Below are positions 50,152 through 59,668 of a DNA stretch of 64,000 nucleotides, piece after piece (positions within the stretch are counted from its first letter, which is position 1; each line of letters starts with the position of its first letter). The translations under genes and the position numbers were made by a program. The stretch spans positions 96,001 through 160,000 of the forward strand of contig CAVZIW010000013.1 of assembly GCA_963775465.1 (NCBI GenBank). The letters are read 5' to 3'. Origin of the DNA: Candidatus Bathyarchaeota archaeon (GTDB lineage Archaea; Thermoproteota; Bathyarchaeia; Bathyarchaeales; Bathycorpusculaceae). The notes below the pieces were generated by a model that saw nothing but the letters and a program-made list of their open reading frames with translations, did no database searches and had not been told where the DNA came from.

Positions 50152-50666
50152 ATATGTCACGAATACCTTTACCCTACAACCCGAAAGTTATGGATTTATT
50201 TCGTAATCCCAAGAACCTCGGCAAAATGGAAGACGCGACAGTCGTAGCAGTTGCAGGAAATCCAGCATGCGGAGATATGATAACTTTCTACCTAAAGATC
50301 GACGAAGCAAAACAAGTAATCGAGAAAGCTACCTTTGAAAGCTATGGGTGCGCTGCGAACATCGCTACCTCCAGCATTGTTACTGAATTGATAAAAGGGT
50401 TAACTCTGGAAGTTGCGTGGAAAGACATAACATGGAAAAAAGTCACTGAGGAAATCGGCGGACTTCCAAGCGTTAAATTCCACTGCGGAGTACTCGCCGT
50501 TGGCGCACTAAAACGTGCAATTAGACAATACTTCTCTCAAAAAGGCCTTGAAAATCCAAGCTGGTTATCTAAAGAACACACATTCGAAGAAAAACAGGCA
50601 TTAGAAGAAGAGGAACTAGCAAAGACACTTTCTAAGAGACTAAAACCTGAGGCAGAAAAAAAATAA
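50148..50666 (+). CDS. iscU: Fe-S scaffold IscU/NifU-N with acidic/basic C-terminal extension
   Basis: FRNPKN, GNPACGD, YGCAA, KFHC. Confidence 0.93.
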   Translation: MNMSRIPLPYNPKVMDLFRNPKNLGKMEDATVVAVAGNPACGDMITFYLKIDEAKQVIEKATFESYGCAANIATSSIVTELIKGLTLEVAWKDITWKKVTEEIGGLPSVKFHCGVLAVGALKRAIRQYFSQKGLENPSWLSKEHTFEEKQALEEEELAKTLSKRLKPEAEKK

Positions 50667-51898
50667 TCAACTCCGAATCAATCAGGCAAGACTTCCCAAT
50701 ATTAAACAGGCAAATAAACGGCAACCCACTAGTTTATTTTGACAACGCCGCAACCACCCAAAAACCTCGCCAAGTCATCGATGCCATAAATGACTTTTAC
50801 GAAAATCACAATGGAAACGTTCACCGTGCAGTCCACACACTCTCACTGGAGGCAACCGACTTGTACGAAAAAGCAAGAGAAAGAATCGCCAAATTCATTA
50901 ACGCTAAAAACTCAAATGGAGTAGTCTTTGTCCGTGGTACAACTGAAGCCATAAACTTAGTTGCTTACTCGTGGGGCTTAAATAACCTCGGAAAAGGCGA
51001 CGAAGTCTTAGTTTCCCTTATGGAACACCACAGCAATATTGTGCCTTGGGAAATCATTTCAAAACTCAAGGGTTTTGCAATAAAATATTCCAAAGTCAAC
51101 AATGATGGCACACTAGATTATACTGATTTTGAAAGAAAGCTCTGCAACAAAACCAAGATTGTCTGTCTTAGCCATGTCTCAAACGTCACTGGCGTTATAA
51201 ACGATGTTAAACACATCGGAAAAATCGCTCATGAAAATGGCGCTTTAATGCTGGTCGACGGTGCCCAATCAGTGCCTCATATGCCTGTACATGTTGAGGA
51301 TTTGGACATGGATTTCATGGCTTTTTCGGGGCATAAAATGCTGGGACCCACAGGAATTGGCGTTCTATACGGTAAAAAAGAAATTCTAGAAAAAATGAGT
51401 CCATTCCAAGGGGGCGGCGAAATGATTAGAGAAGTTGCTTATAATCAAAGAAAAGAAAAATGCGGGATAGTATGGAATGAGTTACCGTGGAAGTTTGAAG
51501 CAGGAACACCAAACATTGAAGGCGCAATTGGACTAGGCGCCGCAGTGAAATATCTTGATGAAATAGGAATGGATAACGTGTTGGACCACGAGAAACAATT
51601 AGCCAAGTACGCTCTCAAAAGTATGCAGAAAAATAACAAAGTCGTTGTCCATGGACCTAAAAGTCTATCCGAGAAATTGGGCATCATATCTTTTAGCATT
51701 GAAGGTTTATCCTCGCATGATGTTGCGTTACTCTTTGATAATTATGGTGTATTGATGCGGAGCGGCTATCATTGTGCTCAGCCCTTGCATCAAATTTTCA
51801 AATTGGATTCTTCCGCCCGAGCGAGCTTTTATGTTTATAACACAGAGGCAGAAGTTGACCGCTTCATTGAAATTCTAAAGGAGCTGGATCAACTATAA
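50666..51898 (+). CDS. sufS: SufS-type cysteine desulfurase; conserved N-terminus lacks an NTG start
   Basis: In-frame extension of 50861 ORF reads INSESIRQDFPIL..LVYFDNAATTQKP..NVHR; EHHSN, DGAQ, SGHKMLGP, RSGYHCAQP. Confidence 0.92.
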   Translation: MNSESIRQDFPILNRQINGNPLVYFDNAATTQKPRQVIDAINDFYENHNGNVHRAVHTLSLEATDLYEKARERIAKFINAKNSNGVVFVRGTTEAINLVAYSWGLNNLGKGDEVLVSLMEHHSNIVPWEIISKLKGFAIKYSKVNNDGTLDYTDFERKLCNKTKIVCLSHVSNVTGVINDVKHIGKIAHENGALMLVDGAQSVPHMPVHVEDLDMDFMAFSGHKMLGPTGIGVLYGKKEILEKMSPFQGGGEMIREVAYNQRKEKCGIVWNELPWKFEAGTPNIEGAIGLGAAVKYLDEIGMDNVLDHEKQLAKYALKSMQKNNKVVVHGPKSLSEKLGIISFSIEGLSSHDVALLFDNYGVLMRSGYHCAQPLHQIFKLDSSARASFYVYNTEAEVDRFIEILKELDQL

Positions 51899-52167
51899 TG
51901 GGCAGTGTAGATGATTATGTATCTCAAATTGAGGGAGCATGTGGCGCAGAAAAAGATGTCATAGTTGTTTTCAAATTTGAAAAGAAAGATGAAGCCATCG
52001 CGAACATTCTAAAAAAAGCTACAGTTAAAAATAAGATTGCGGGAATAATTTTTGAGTTAACCTTTCAAGATCAATCTTTTCGACTTTACTCCAGTGGGAA
52101 AGCTATTTTCCGAGGTGTAAAAAACAAGCAAGCATTAAACAGTCTTCTAGAGAAACTTTTGCTTTAG
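51898..52167 (+). CDS. Small protein with TBP-like fold resemblance, coupled to sufS
   Basis: TAATG overlap with sufS; GACG..FRLYSSGKAIFRGVK. Confidence 0.7.
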   Translation: MGSVDDYVSQIEGACGAEKDVIVVFKFEKKDEAIANILKKATVKNKIAGIIFELTFQDQSFRLYSSGKAIFRGVKNKQALNSLLEKLLL

Positions 52168-52394
52168 AGTAATCCAAATGAAAATCGATTACTTCCAATT
52201 CTTAATCTTCTTTTACCTGACTTTTGGGCAAACCTAAAGTTGTTTCAGAAACTTGAATTTCTATCCGAAACATTATCCAATGGCATTAATAATATTGCAA
52301 GTAGCTGCGCATGCAAATTTTAAGAACCCGCAGACACCCCAATTTTTCTTGAAAAATAGAGTAAAATTCAAAACTTTTATGCCGATTTTCAATT

Positions 52395-53867
52395 TTAGCG
52401 ACGAAACTTCACTGCTTTGTTTCTGCTAATCCAGTTGAAGAGAGGAATAAGAGGACCCTTAAGTGATTGCGGCAAAGAATCTTTTAATTCTCGATGAATC
52501 CCAATACGTATAGCCAGCTTGCCCTTCCATGTTATTGGCACGTAATAACGCGCTATAGGGTATTTCTTGAATCCATTGCTTTCTTTAAACTTGTCAAGCG
52601 AGGGATGGTTTCCTATGCGCCCATACATAAGCCAACGGTTGCCGTTGTCGGCACAAACTTCCACGGCTTTAGCGATCAGAGCATTATTTAGGGCTTTATC
52701 CCAATGTCTCTGCAAAGAGAGAATCTGCGATATAATGGCTATGTTGTCGCCGTAGATTATCTGGATGAAGCCGACTAACTCATCATCGAGGTAAGCACCG
52801 ATGAATGTAGTTTTTTTTGCCAGCGCCATGTTGTAGGTGACAGATTTGAGTGATTCACCATAATGTGGGAACGCTCTGCCCTGACGAATTGGGGTTTCAT
52901 TGTAGATTTTCCATATACCTTCTGACAGTCTCGGGGTAAGTTCAACAACGCTTACTTTTACACAGTTTTTTTCCGCGCGGCGAACCATGTTTCGAGTTTT
53001 CTTCCCCACTGCACTTAACCAAGCATCTGTAGTTGTTACTTTAAGCATCGCCACATTATCGTTAGTTCTAGTCCAACTGGCCGACGGATTAGAAATAGGG
53101 CAACACCAGGATCGATCAAGAAAAGTGTAGATGTCAAAACCTTGCTCCCGCAGCTTCTCTAAAAACTCGGGAGTTGGTGCGATGTTTTTTTCGTATTCCT
53201 TCACGTCACGGACGATTTTGAGACCTGCTTTTTTTCTCACGCTTAAATCTTCAAGGGCGCCGTCGACTTTGAGAACTGCACATAGTGCATCGTAGACTGG
53301 CCCTCTTTTGTTTTTATCATTTTTTTCAAACAGCCACTCGGGATGAAAAGATAAAACTACCCCCTGATCAATCCACTCTTCGATTATGCGAACGATTTTT
53401 TCGAAACCATATTTATAACGGTCGCGGTCGATGCTAAATGTTACGTTTTTGTGAAAATCCTCTAAGGGAAAATCAGTTGGAATTACTACTTGTGGTCCTC
53501 TCAATTTTCGTCGCCAAATCAACCGCGCAATTTTTCCCGAAGTACCATGAATAGTGTAAAATTTGACGTGGCGTCCTGTTTCCTTTTCAAAGGTTTTCCA
53601 TTCTTGGAGAGGTCTGTTCGCCAAGTGAATCGCCACTTCATGCCGTGACTGGTTCAGAAGTTCAAGCAGCCCCTGGTCAGGTATCGTATAGGGGGTAAAG
53701 AACCAATACGCTTTGATATTGCGCGGTGACTCGTTAATCATTCTTGCGATGATACGCGCGTTTTTCAGGTAGCTACCTTTTTTACTTTTGATGCCCAGAG
53801 CTACATAAAGGAAACTTTTCGGCCGTGAAGGATAGGGGTAATCAACGTCGATTCGCAGTTTTATCAT
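52395..53867 (-). CDS. Polysaccharide-deacetylase-like plus GNAT/FemAB-like fusion protein
   Basis: LRIDVD, HEVAIH, FHPEW; KKTRNMVRRAEK, SLDKFKESNGF. Confidence 0.65.
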   Translation of the reverse strand: MIKLRIDVDYPYPSRPKSFLYVALGIKSKKGSYLKNARIIARMINESPRNIKAYWFFTPYTIPDQGLLELLNQSRHEVAIHLANRPLQEWKTFEKETGRHVKFYTIHGTSGKIARLIWRRKLRGPQVVIPTDFPLEDFHKNVTFSIDRDRYKYGFEKIVRIIEEWIDQGVVLSFHPEWLFEKNDKNKRGPVYDALCAVLKVDGALEDLSVRKKAGLKIVRDVKEYEKNIAPTPEFLEKLREQGFDIYTFLDRSWCCPISNPSASWTRTNDNVAMLKVTTTDAWLSAVGKKTRNMVRRAEKNCVKVSVVELTPRLSEGIWKIYNETPIRQGRAFPHYGESLKSVTYNMALAKKTTFIGAYLDDELVGFIQIIYGDNIAIISQILSLQRHWDKALNNALIAKAVEVCADNGNRWLMYGRIGNHPSLDKFKESNGFKKYPIARYYVPITWKGKLAIRIGIHRELKDSLPQSLKGPLIPLFNWISRNKAVKFRR

Positions 53868-53915
53868 TGCTTAACTCAAATGGCAACTAAGGGACTTTTT
53901 TTGTTATAAACCCTT

Positions 53916-55127
53916 TTACGCTCCATGAGCGCGGTTTGACAGAACTTCATGATATATTTCTATGTGTTTTTCGGCAATGTTGCTCCATTTTGTTTGGTTC
54001 CACATCTCCTCACATTGACGCTTCAATTCACTTTGCAACTTGCCAAAAGAAAGCATATTTTGGATTTTTATCAGTAATTCGTGAGCATCCTCAGACTTGA
54101 ATAGCTCTATGCACCCATATTGCCGATGAATTTCCTTAAACGCAGGCAAATCGGAGGTTAAGGTCGGCACTTTATAGGATACAAGTAAGTGAAGCACACC
54201 GCTATCGGTCACATACCTATATGGAAGCAATGCAAGGTCTGTCGCGCTTAGTATTGGCGATAGGTCGGGAAGATACCCAGTGAAGGTTACCCGGTCCTGG
54301 ACACCATATAACTGTGCGAGCTCTTTAAGATTAGATAAGAACTGGGCGTCTGCATCGGTTTGTGGACCACCTGCCACGACAAGCTGGACGTTTGGATCGA
54401 GCTTGGCGAGTAGTGGGATTACTATGTCGTGCCCTTTCTTACGGGTAACAAACCCTAGAATCGTCATAACGGTTTTTCCTTGCAACCCCAACGCGAGTTT
54501 ACAGAGTTCTTTGCTTTGTATTTTCGGTTTCTGGTAGCTGCCATGCGGAATCACACTCAGTTTTGAAGAGTCTACTCGGTAATAGTTTTCCAGCAGCTTT
54601 TTGCTCTCTTGGGTGTGAACAATGATCAGGTCTGACGCTGCAAAAATCAGTTTATCCAGAAGCCTTGTATAGAAGAATCCTCCTCTTCCACCCGCCGAAA
54701 CGGCTTTTCTTGGCTCATGCATTGTTGTTACTACTCGCCGATTTCCTTGTGCCAACCCAAAATAGAACAGAAGGCTTGCGAATGCTGTCAAGGCTTTTCC
54801 ACCAATTTTAAGACTTGAAAACAACCCGTACTCGAACTGGATATGAACGATATCGTGGGAGCTCGCAACTTTGTGCCCTAACAAAGCAAAATAGGGGCTT
54901 AAAGCATTTTTTTTTCGAAGTTCAGTCACAAATACTCTGGCTTTTTTGCTAAGTTCTTGAGCGAAAAACTCAGAATAAGTTGCTATTCCACATTGCTTAT
55001 CCCAGGAAGTGACCAAATTGATTTCAAGTAAAAGTGAATTAGTAGGTAGATGGATTTGGTGTCGATAACGTCTTTTAAAAGACTTCATAGCGATCAGTCC
55101 GACAGTCTTTACCATATTTTTAACCAT
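53916..55127 (-). CDS. GT4 glycosyltransferase (start uncertain)
   Basis: CGIATYS, HIQFEYGLF, IPHG, KKG, LPY..SGVL. Confidence 0.9.
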   Translation of the reverse strand: MVKNMVKTVGLIAMKSFKRRYRHQIHLPTNSLLLEINLVTSWDKQCGIATYSEFFAQELSKKARVFVTELRKKNALSPYFALLGHKVASSHDIVHIQFEYGLFSSLKIGGKALTAFASLLFYFGLAQGNRRVVTTMHEPRKAVSAGGRGGFFYTRLLDKLIFAASDLIIVHTQESKKLLENYYRVDSSKLSVIPHGSYQKPKIQSKELCKLALGLQGKTVMTILGFVTRKKGHDIVIPLLAKLDPNVQLVVAGGPQTDADAQFLSNLKELAQLYGVQDRVTFTGYLPDLSPILSATDLALLPYRYVTDSGVLHLLVSYKVPTLTSDLPAFKEIHRQYGCIELFKSEDAHELLIKIQNMLSFGKLQSELKRQCEEMWNQTKWSNIAEKHIEIYHEVLSNRAHGA

Positions 55128-55802
55128 TTACATCCACTTCAACAAAGACACCCAAACAACTACTTTCATTTATCTCCTAAATTGGGACGCAATAGAGACT
55201 GAGTGTTCCCTATTTTCTTTTATGTATCCACTCAAGAAGGAGGCCATAGCATGAAAGACAGGAATTGCTTTTCCCTCGGAGAGTAATTTGTCTTTCGATA
55301 GTTTTGTAAGGTACATTAAATGGCTTTGGTTGTAATAAAGATCAAACGCTGAAACAGACGACAACAACTTAAATACAGGAACAAATCTCGATTGATTAAT
55401 ATTTAAATTGATTCCATAGCCTCCCAAAAAACAGTCTTTCAGAAGTTATTTAACAATACCTGTTCCATTAATAGAAATATTCAAAATTGGACCTGCCCCG
55501 AATTGTAAAGACACTATTAATCAACCCATCCTAGACAATATTTTTACCTGTGTAATTGACCGCAACGTACATTCAATGGGTTTAATGTATTTGGGGCTTG
55601 TTGTTGAATGTATCAATGTCGAAATATTCGATTCCCTCACCTCGAAGACGGGGACAAGTTGGGGCAGCGTAACAAAGTATGAAGCTTTAGATGAGAAGAA
55701 AATCTAGAAAACTTGTCAAATAATCAGAGATTGGCTCCCAACGATGACTCACAATAGGATTGCGATTAGCTGCCTCAAAAATATGATTCTAGCAAACCAG
55801 AA

Positions 55803-56633
55803 TCAATTAAGCCTTTTAAAATAGACAAGCGAAACTGGTCCTTCGAATTCTTCATCACTTTTTTCGAGAATAAACCCTGAACTCTCAAACTTTTGTATAA
55901 GTGCCCGTCGTATTTGAACTGAATGAACCTCTATCATCGCATATTCGATTTTTCTAAGAACCTCTTTTGGTACGTCAACTAAAGAGATTTCAGCCCCTTC
56001 ACAATCAATCTTCGCCACTTCAGCGCCGCTCTCGGAAATAATTCTTGAGATGTCCTTGATCTTTATCTTAATTTTGTTATTTTGACTCTCTGTATTGAGG
56101 CCAAAGCAATTATCGGTCTTGTTGTAACCGATTGTTACTTCGCCATCTAAATTGCCTATTCCTTCGCTATACAATTCTGCATTCATATTGTTTAAGCGAA
56201 TATTTTCTTCTATATGCTTCCGATGTTCAACGACTGGTTCATAAATTACGACTTTACTTGCACCCAGACTCCAAAGGTAAACGGCTGATTCTCCTTCGAA
56301 ACCTCCTATATCCAAAACGACTTTTCCCTTGCAGTCACAATCATATATTCCTGATTCAATCTCATTTAAGGTACCAATGAGAATTTGTGACCCAATAAGT
56401 TGATAACGATCAGTCGTAATCTTGAAAGTTTCTGAATCTAGCTGCTTCAAGTTATATTTTTTTACAAGATCGTAGTGATCCCTAAGAAAACGGAATTGGG
56501 ACCAAGTGACCAGAAAAATAGAGCCATTAGAAAAAGTAATACTTGTTCGTTTGTTTCTAAATTTTAACAAGATTGCAGAAAAAGGGTTTTTTATAATAGT
56601 CAATGTTCGAGTTAAGCCCTTTAAGGTAACCAT
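55803..56633 (-). CDS. FkbM family methyltransferase
   Basis: VLDIGGFEGES, YEP, KIDCEGAE, IEVH. Confidence 0.9.
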   Translation of the reverse strand: MVTLKGLTRTLTIIKNPFSAILLKFRNKRTSITFSNGSIFLVTWSQFRFLRDHYDLVKKYNLKQLDSETFKITTDRYQLIGSQILIGTLNEIESGIYDCDCKGKVVLDIGGFEGESAVYLWSLGASKVVIYEPVVEHRKHIEENIRLNNMNAELYSEGIGNLDGEVTIGYNKTDNCFGLNTESQNNKIKIKIKDISRIISESGAEVAKIDCEGAEISLVDVPKEVLRKIEYAMIEVHSVQIRRALIQKFESSGFILEKSDEEFEGPVSLVYFKRLN

Positions 56634-56737
56634 CAGCTTCTCACTTTTAATTAACTTAAATAGATATACCTATAATAAATTTGGTTTTCAGCTTGCATTA
56701 TTTTCAGATTTAATTTTTTTCAATAGACAAAGGTTCA

Positions 56738-58222
56738 TCAAAGACTATTCTGTACACTATATAGTGCGGCACCCAAGATTAAACCATTTGTCAGGCTACT
56801 GAACCCATCGAGTTGATGTCCTTGTTCATCGACGCCTACACGAAATCCAAATATAGGCTCTGAATTATGACGTTCCAAATTGACACAAAGGTCTCTGGAG
56901 AACGTGGTATTGTAGAGAGCAAGAAATCCTATGGCTACTTTTGTGTAAATCATGGGGGGAAGTTCAATTCCTTTATAGTCCGCAGCTAATGCAGCCCAAT
57001 ATCTTCCGTCAGGCAAGACTACCCATTCCCATTGCCAGTCACTTGTAAGTTGTGGACCCTCACCAAAGGCGCGGAATTTACCAGTCTGGGTGTAGTAAGC
57101 TTCGTGTGCTTGATAAACCTGATTCATTAAGGTGTTTAACCTAGAATCGGTTGTGTTAGTGTCAAATACCGCAGTAAGTAATACGTCCGTCGTGACTGCA
57201 GACTTTGGAACAATCACACCGTTGATAGTCACATTCCCATTTGCAGGTGAATAAATGTTGTCAAGTATTTTCGTGGGTGCGTTTCCAAGTTCACTAGACC
57301 AGAAACTAGCAAAACCGCTACAGATAATGTAGGAGTATATACTAGTGGAGGCATTTCCTTCACTAATTAGGCTTGGGACAATGACCGCATAATTTGACCT
57401 ATTGCCTTGCTGATTGTATACAAAGTTGTTTATTCGCGCTGTAAAATTGCTGTCATAATTTTTCAGGTTATTCAATGCCACAAAAAGTCTTCCAGTATCA
57501 ACTACGTCAACTGGGTCGGTGGCTTTGTCTGAATTTTGATGCCAGACCTTTGCATCAGTTGCTTGGTAGAACCAGAAAGGGTAACTATAATTGTTTAGTT
57601 CGCGGGTTTCAAGAAACTCTAGAATCTTGTCTATTCTTGAATTGAACCCCCAATCGCCTGTTGGCTGCGTAAGGTTGAGTTTTGACGCGTCGATTACCGC
57701 TTGAATGTAAACACCTATATCCCAATCAGTGATGTAAGGCGATCCAGTGCTACCCCAAGGCAATCCAGTTTTTACGTCAACACCTACTCCAGGAGCATAG
57801 TATTTCCAAGCTGTTTCAGCAACCTTTTGCCAAAACGCGCTGTTAATGGTTTGAGCAGACTCTATCATGCCTGGAGGCTTAGGTTTGGGGGTTAGAGTTG
57901 GAGTAACTTTGGGAGTAGGATTCTGAGTCTTTTCCGGTCCAACAGTTGGATTATTGTTATTTTTAGTGGGATCAGTTGGGTCAGGGGTTGGGGTTGAAGA
58001 GTCAACAAGATTCTGTCTTGCTTGATTCCCCCTCGGCAGGAACGCAAAAACAGAGATTAGAATCCCAAAAATTATTACAGCTACTAACAGACTTTTGGCT
58101 TTTTTGTTGAAACGCCAATTATTATAAAATAAATTTTTCTTCTTAACCTTTACACTGGCAAGTAGTAAGACGGAATTCATTACACTAAGATTACGAATTT
58201 TTTTGCCAGTTGCCATATACAT
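56738..58222 (-). CDS. Membrane-anchored DUF3131-like (alpha/alpha)6 glycoside hydrolase/transglycosylase
   Basis: TM, P/T-rich linker, AETAWKYY..TGLP..TDWDIGVY..DTGRL..HEAYY. Confidence 0.7.
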   Translation of the reverse strand: MYMATGKKIRNLSVMNSVLLLASVKVKKKNLFYNNWRFNKKAKSLLVAVIIFGILISVFAFLPRGNQARQNLVDSSTPTPDPTDPTKNNNNPTVGPEKTQNPTPKVTPTLTPKPKPPGMIESAQTINSAFWQKVAETAWKYYAPGVGVDVKTGLPWGSTGSPYITDWDIGVYIQAVIDASKLNLTQPTGDWGFNSRIDKILEFLETRELNNYSYPFWFYQATDAKVWHQNSDKATDPVDVVDTGRLFVALNNLKNYDSNFTARINNFVYNQQGNRSNYAVIVPSLISEGNASTSIYSYIICSGFASFWSSELGNAPTKILDNIYSPANGNVTINGVIVPKSAVTTDVLLTAVFDTNTTDSRLNTLMNQVYQAHEAYYTQTGKFRAFGEGPQLTSDWQWEWVVLPDGRYWAALAADYKGIELPPMIYTKVAIGFLALYNTTFSRDLCVNLERHNSEPIFGFRVGVDEQGHQLDGFSSLTNGLILGAALYSVQNSL

Positions 58223-58391
58223 CAGAGTTTTGCGAATATCAATAATTTTTTAACACATACTCTTAATTTAAACATATGGTAAAAGTCGTAGTAATTCACA
58301 AGGCAACGAATCCCTGCAAGAAACAAAATGAAGAATATCTAAAAAATAAGTTTGCTCAGGACTTCTTAGTAATATTTTGTGTATGTATTAA

Positions 58392-59519
58392 CTAAAAGCT
58401 CTGAATTAGACTCCAGATGTTATTTTGGAAATTCTCAGGAGTGAGAACAGAAATGTCCCTCCAAAGTGATTCTCGATTTTTCGCCCAGTACGAATCTTTA
58501 TCAACTCTGTCTATCAAGTTAACAATCTTGTCCTTAAGATCAAAATAACTTTTCCAGCGAAATTCCTTAGGAATAAATTCTTGCATCCCTCCACTGTCGT
58601 GAACAACAGTAATGCAACCACTTGCTAAGCCTTCAACAGGGGCTATTCCGAAGTGTTCACCTTCCATGAGATGAACGTAGATTCGAGAGTTCTGAAGGAT
58701 CTCTAGAAGTTGATTCCCCGGCAAATTTGTCTTAAGAGAATAGTTCGGTGGCAAATTCTTATTAAAGTCATCAAACCATGCTTTTTCTGCATCTATCAAA
58801 CCACCAATACTTATGAACTCACAATCTGGAATATCTAAAGCTAAACGCTTCATTATCTCATGACGTTTTGCAGGTATGAATCTTGCAACGTACACTATCT
58901 GTTTCTTTCGCTCAGACATAGGCTTATCACACCAGAATTTAGAAAGGTTTACTGGAGGATAAATCACAACTGGATCTCTGACATAGCGGTTTTTCCAGTA
59001 GCGCTCTATGGCCCCCTTGGTATAGTTGCTATTGCATAAAATAAGATCTATTTTGCCGATACCCTGTTCAACCCACCTTTTAAATAACCACAAATAAAGT
59101 TTTCTTTTAAAATTGCCACGAGCATAATCATAATGTATTTCGGGAAAATGCACATATGCAATGTTCTTTCTAGCTTTACTTAGAAAAACAGGCTCAAAAG
59201 GAGAGGAGGACTGTGTGGAAAACAAATAGTCATAGTCCAACTTGTTTTTATACCGTTTTAAGAGATTAACAAAGTTTCTGTGCCTTTTATAAATTGTAAA
59301 AGGTGGTTTAACTTCGATTCGCTTGCCTAATGAATGAATTACTACTTCTTTGCTTAAGTCCTCACCCACAATATCACGGTATTTGTCAGCATCAAAATCA
59401 AAAGTCAGTAGCTCCACCTTTTGCCCGTTGACAAGCAGAGTTTTAATTACATTGTGGCATACGCGTTCTCCTCCGCCGTAAATGTCAAGGTACGGATGAA
59501 CTACAAGGAAGGATGCCAA
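58392..59519 (-). CDS. GT4 glycosyltransferase, ALG11-like
   Basis: HPYLDIYGGGERV, YVHFP, NSNYT, IYPPV, RFIPAKRH, EHFGIAPVE. Confidence 0.88.
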   Translation of the reverse strand: MASFLVVHPYLDIYGGGERVCHNVIKTLLVNGQKVELLTFDFDADKYRDIVGEDLSKEVVIHSLGKRIEVKPPFTIYKRHRNFVNLLKRYKNKLDYDYLFSTQSSSPFEPVFLSKARKNIAYVHFPEIHYDYARGNFKRKLYLWLFKRWVEQGIGKIDLILCNSNYTKGAIERYWKNRYVRDPVVIYPPVNLSKFWCDKPMSERKKQIVYVARFIPAKRHEIMKRLALDIPDCEFISIGGLIDAEKAWFDDFNKNLPPNYSLKTNLPGNQLLEILQNSRIYVHLMEGEHFGIAPVEGLASGCITVVHDSGGMQEFIPKEFRWKSYFDLKDKIVNLIDRVDKDSYWAKNRESLWRDISVLTPENFQNNIWSLIQSF

Positions 59520-59668
59520 GTCTTTCAGCTCTCAGGTAAGTTACAGTTCACTCTTGCAGTTTAAGAAGGTTACCAACCTCGGAAAATTCCCGATCGTTAG
59601 AATAAAGGAAAAACAGCTTAGGCATCTGAAAGGGTTTTTCAGGAAAATATATACACAAGCATGGAAAG

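Noticed and set aside
55170-55427. 85-aa minus-strand ORF
   Set aside because: No recognisable family or convincing start; may be a remnant
55625-55650. TTCGATTCCC resembling a tRNA T-arm or att site
   Set aside because: No cloverleaf, no matching repeat and no integrase in the window
57880-58000. Short repeats GGGTT/GTTGG
   Set aside because: Explained by the Pro/Thr linker codons of the DUF3131-like protein
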